NCBI GenBank assembly: GCA_021613535.1 | Contig: CP075493.1 | Span: 744,001 to 808,000, forward strand | Length of the DNA stretch: 64,000 nt | Reading direction: 5' to 3' | DNA from: Adineta vaga | Taxonomy: Eukaryota; Animalia; Rotifera | Shown: one piece after another, positions 62,220 through 64,000 of the stretch | Position numbering within the stretch: the stretch's first letter is position 1 | How the letters are laid out: each line of letters begins with the position of its first letter | Made by a program: the position numbers and the translations under genes | Notes under the pieces: generated by a model | Databases searched by the model: none | What the model was told of the DNA's origin: nothing | What the model saw: the letters and a program-made list of their open reading frames with translations, nothing else

Positions 62220-62844
62220 ATTAATAATTAAAAAGATATATATTACTCGTCACTATATTATTATTTTGTTCTTTGAGATTAAAAGAAACTAAATGAATGT
62301 TTCTAATTTAGTTTTACAAGATTTGTTTTTCATCTTGAAATAAGATTAAAAAACTGCTCTTATATATAGTCTAGAGATATTCATAGAAATAATTTCCTGT
62401 TTAGTTAAATTATTTCTACGTTAAAGAAATTTCTTATCCAAATGCGACACATTATGTGTTAAAGAAGAAGAAGAAAAAACAAATGTTTTATCATAATAAA
62501 TGAAATAGGATTTTTTATAGAATTGTTAAGTCTAAAAATATCTTCTATCAATCGTTTTAATAAATCATTAAACGTTGTCTTTGAAAGTAAATATTTACAT
62601 TTCATATTTTTTCTCATACATCATTTTCTTTCGTTCTGTTTGGTTTGTTTTCGACGGAAGAATTTTATTATTATTTGATCGAGCAAGACAAAATTTGTTT
62701 CTATCGAGTTGATTTCATTTTGTAGATTTATTTTCATCAAAACTAAATTTTTCTATAATGATAGACAACGATTCAATTTCACAATCATCTAGTGAATATG
62801 TTAAATAATGAATATTCACACTTATTTTTATTTTAAATTTAGCG

Positions 62845-64000
62845 ATGTATCAATGTGACAATTGTCAATCATCAAATGCAACATTATGGTGTGAATTTTG
62901 TTCTAATAATTATTGTGAAACATGTTCGTTGGATATTCATCGACATAAAGCCTTTTCTGATCATCGTTTAATGTCAATTGATGAAAAACCATGTCAATCA
63001 TTTTTATGTGTACAATGTTCAAAGAAAGAACTTAATTTTTTCTGTTACGATTGTGTTCTTATTATCTGTGGAGATTGTTTATTATCAACACACAATAATC
63101 ATCATTTTATTATTGTTGATGCAAAAAGCAAAAATATTGTATTAAAGGTTAGTCTTAAACAAATTCTATCTTGACCCGTCATATTAGTTTTAATTAATCG
63201 CGTTATTAACAATTGTGTTATCTTAATAAATAATGTTCATTAATTAACGAGATTTTTTGTCATATTTGAGCTTCTTTTGTGTAGAATCTATAGAACTGTG
63301 TCAGTACGTTCATCCATTACAGTTAAAGACCCAATCGTCATGATTTATAGAGGTTCAAATTCTTCCCGTTAGATATTTTGACATTTTCTTTCAGATGATT
63401 TTTGACAAAACCTATTAATCTTTTCCTCGTCGGTCTGATAAAAAGTTTTTTAATTATCATTCTTCAAAAGGATAGATAATACCTCAATAGGGCAGTTAAT
63501 TCTGTTAATTTCGAGATATTTGTAAGTCAGTCGTACCAGTTCGATGGTTCCACTGGCTATATGAACATACAGAAAGTATATAAATATAATTTTATTCAGA
63601 CGATCTCTAATGGTAAAAGAAGTAAATTAATTTTAAATGAAAATTTTAATCAACAATTAAAACAAATCGATACAATTGAAAATATAAATCGAAAGAAGAT
63701 TGAAGAAATATTTTTAAATTTACGTAAAATATTAGATGAATATGAACATCAATTACAAGAAAAGATTTCAATAATTGAAAGAAAAAATAAAAATCTTATT
63801 GAAAATTATCAACGTCAAATTATTTCTTCAAAAGAATTGAATTCAAATAAAATCTTTGCAATGTATTTCTCAAGAAAAAAACAAGAATTTCATGAAAATT
63901 TCCATCAAACAATGAATGAAATACATTATTTACAACCAGCAATTCGAATTCTTTATAAAATCGAAGGTTTGGATTATTTCGAAACAATTGAACGTACAAT
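62845..64000 (+). CDS. Tandem B-box zinc finger + coiled-coil (TRIM-like) protein, 3' truncated by the window edge
   Basis: CDNC...WCEFC...YCETC...H and FFCYDC...ICGDC....HNNH. Intron ~63148-63599, then an open coiled-coil exon to 64000. Confidence 0.78.

Overview
AT-rich eukaryotic (animal) genomic DNA with short GT-AG introns, not a prokaryote. The gene content (orphan rhodopsin-like GPCRs, ART-TPR, FG-GAP, Kelch/NHL, F-box-LRR, B-box), interstitial (TGTGGG)n repeats and many bacterial-type enzyme genes point to a bdelloid rotifer (inference). The main finding is a compact cluster at about 52.9-60.1 kb that looks like a ureide/purine-catabolism module built largely from horizontally acquired genes. 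It contains an SLC43-family transporter, a PuuE-like CE4 amidohydrolase (1 intron), a ureidoglycolate-lyase-like cupin (introns), a cysteine hydrolase with triuret hydrolase (TrtA)-type rather than biuret hydrolase residues, and an AtzH/HpxZ (DUF3225) protein 157 bp upstream of it. A second group of bacterial-type genes lies at 19.6-27.6 kb: an ATP-grasp ligase, a HIT-like/histidine-phosphatase fusion and a B12-binding radical SAM enzyme. A YHYH-domain gene lies at 37.8 kb. Also present: tandem pseudo-ART paralogs with a gene-conversion-like patch, a dead+active tandem trypsin gene with a 12-nt microexon, a mucin-stalk/Cys-repeat protein, several pseudogenes, a non-autonomous Helitron family (one copy carrying a nested hAT-type MITE), a decayed pogo-like transposase and a piggyBac-like MITE. 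All family calls come from motif recognition by eye; no database search was run.
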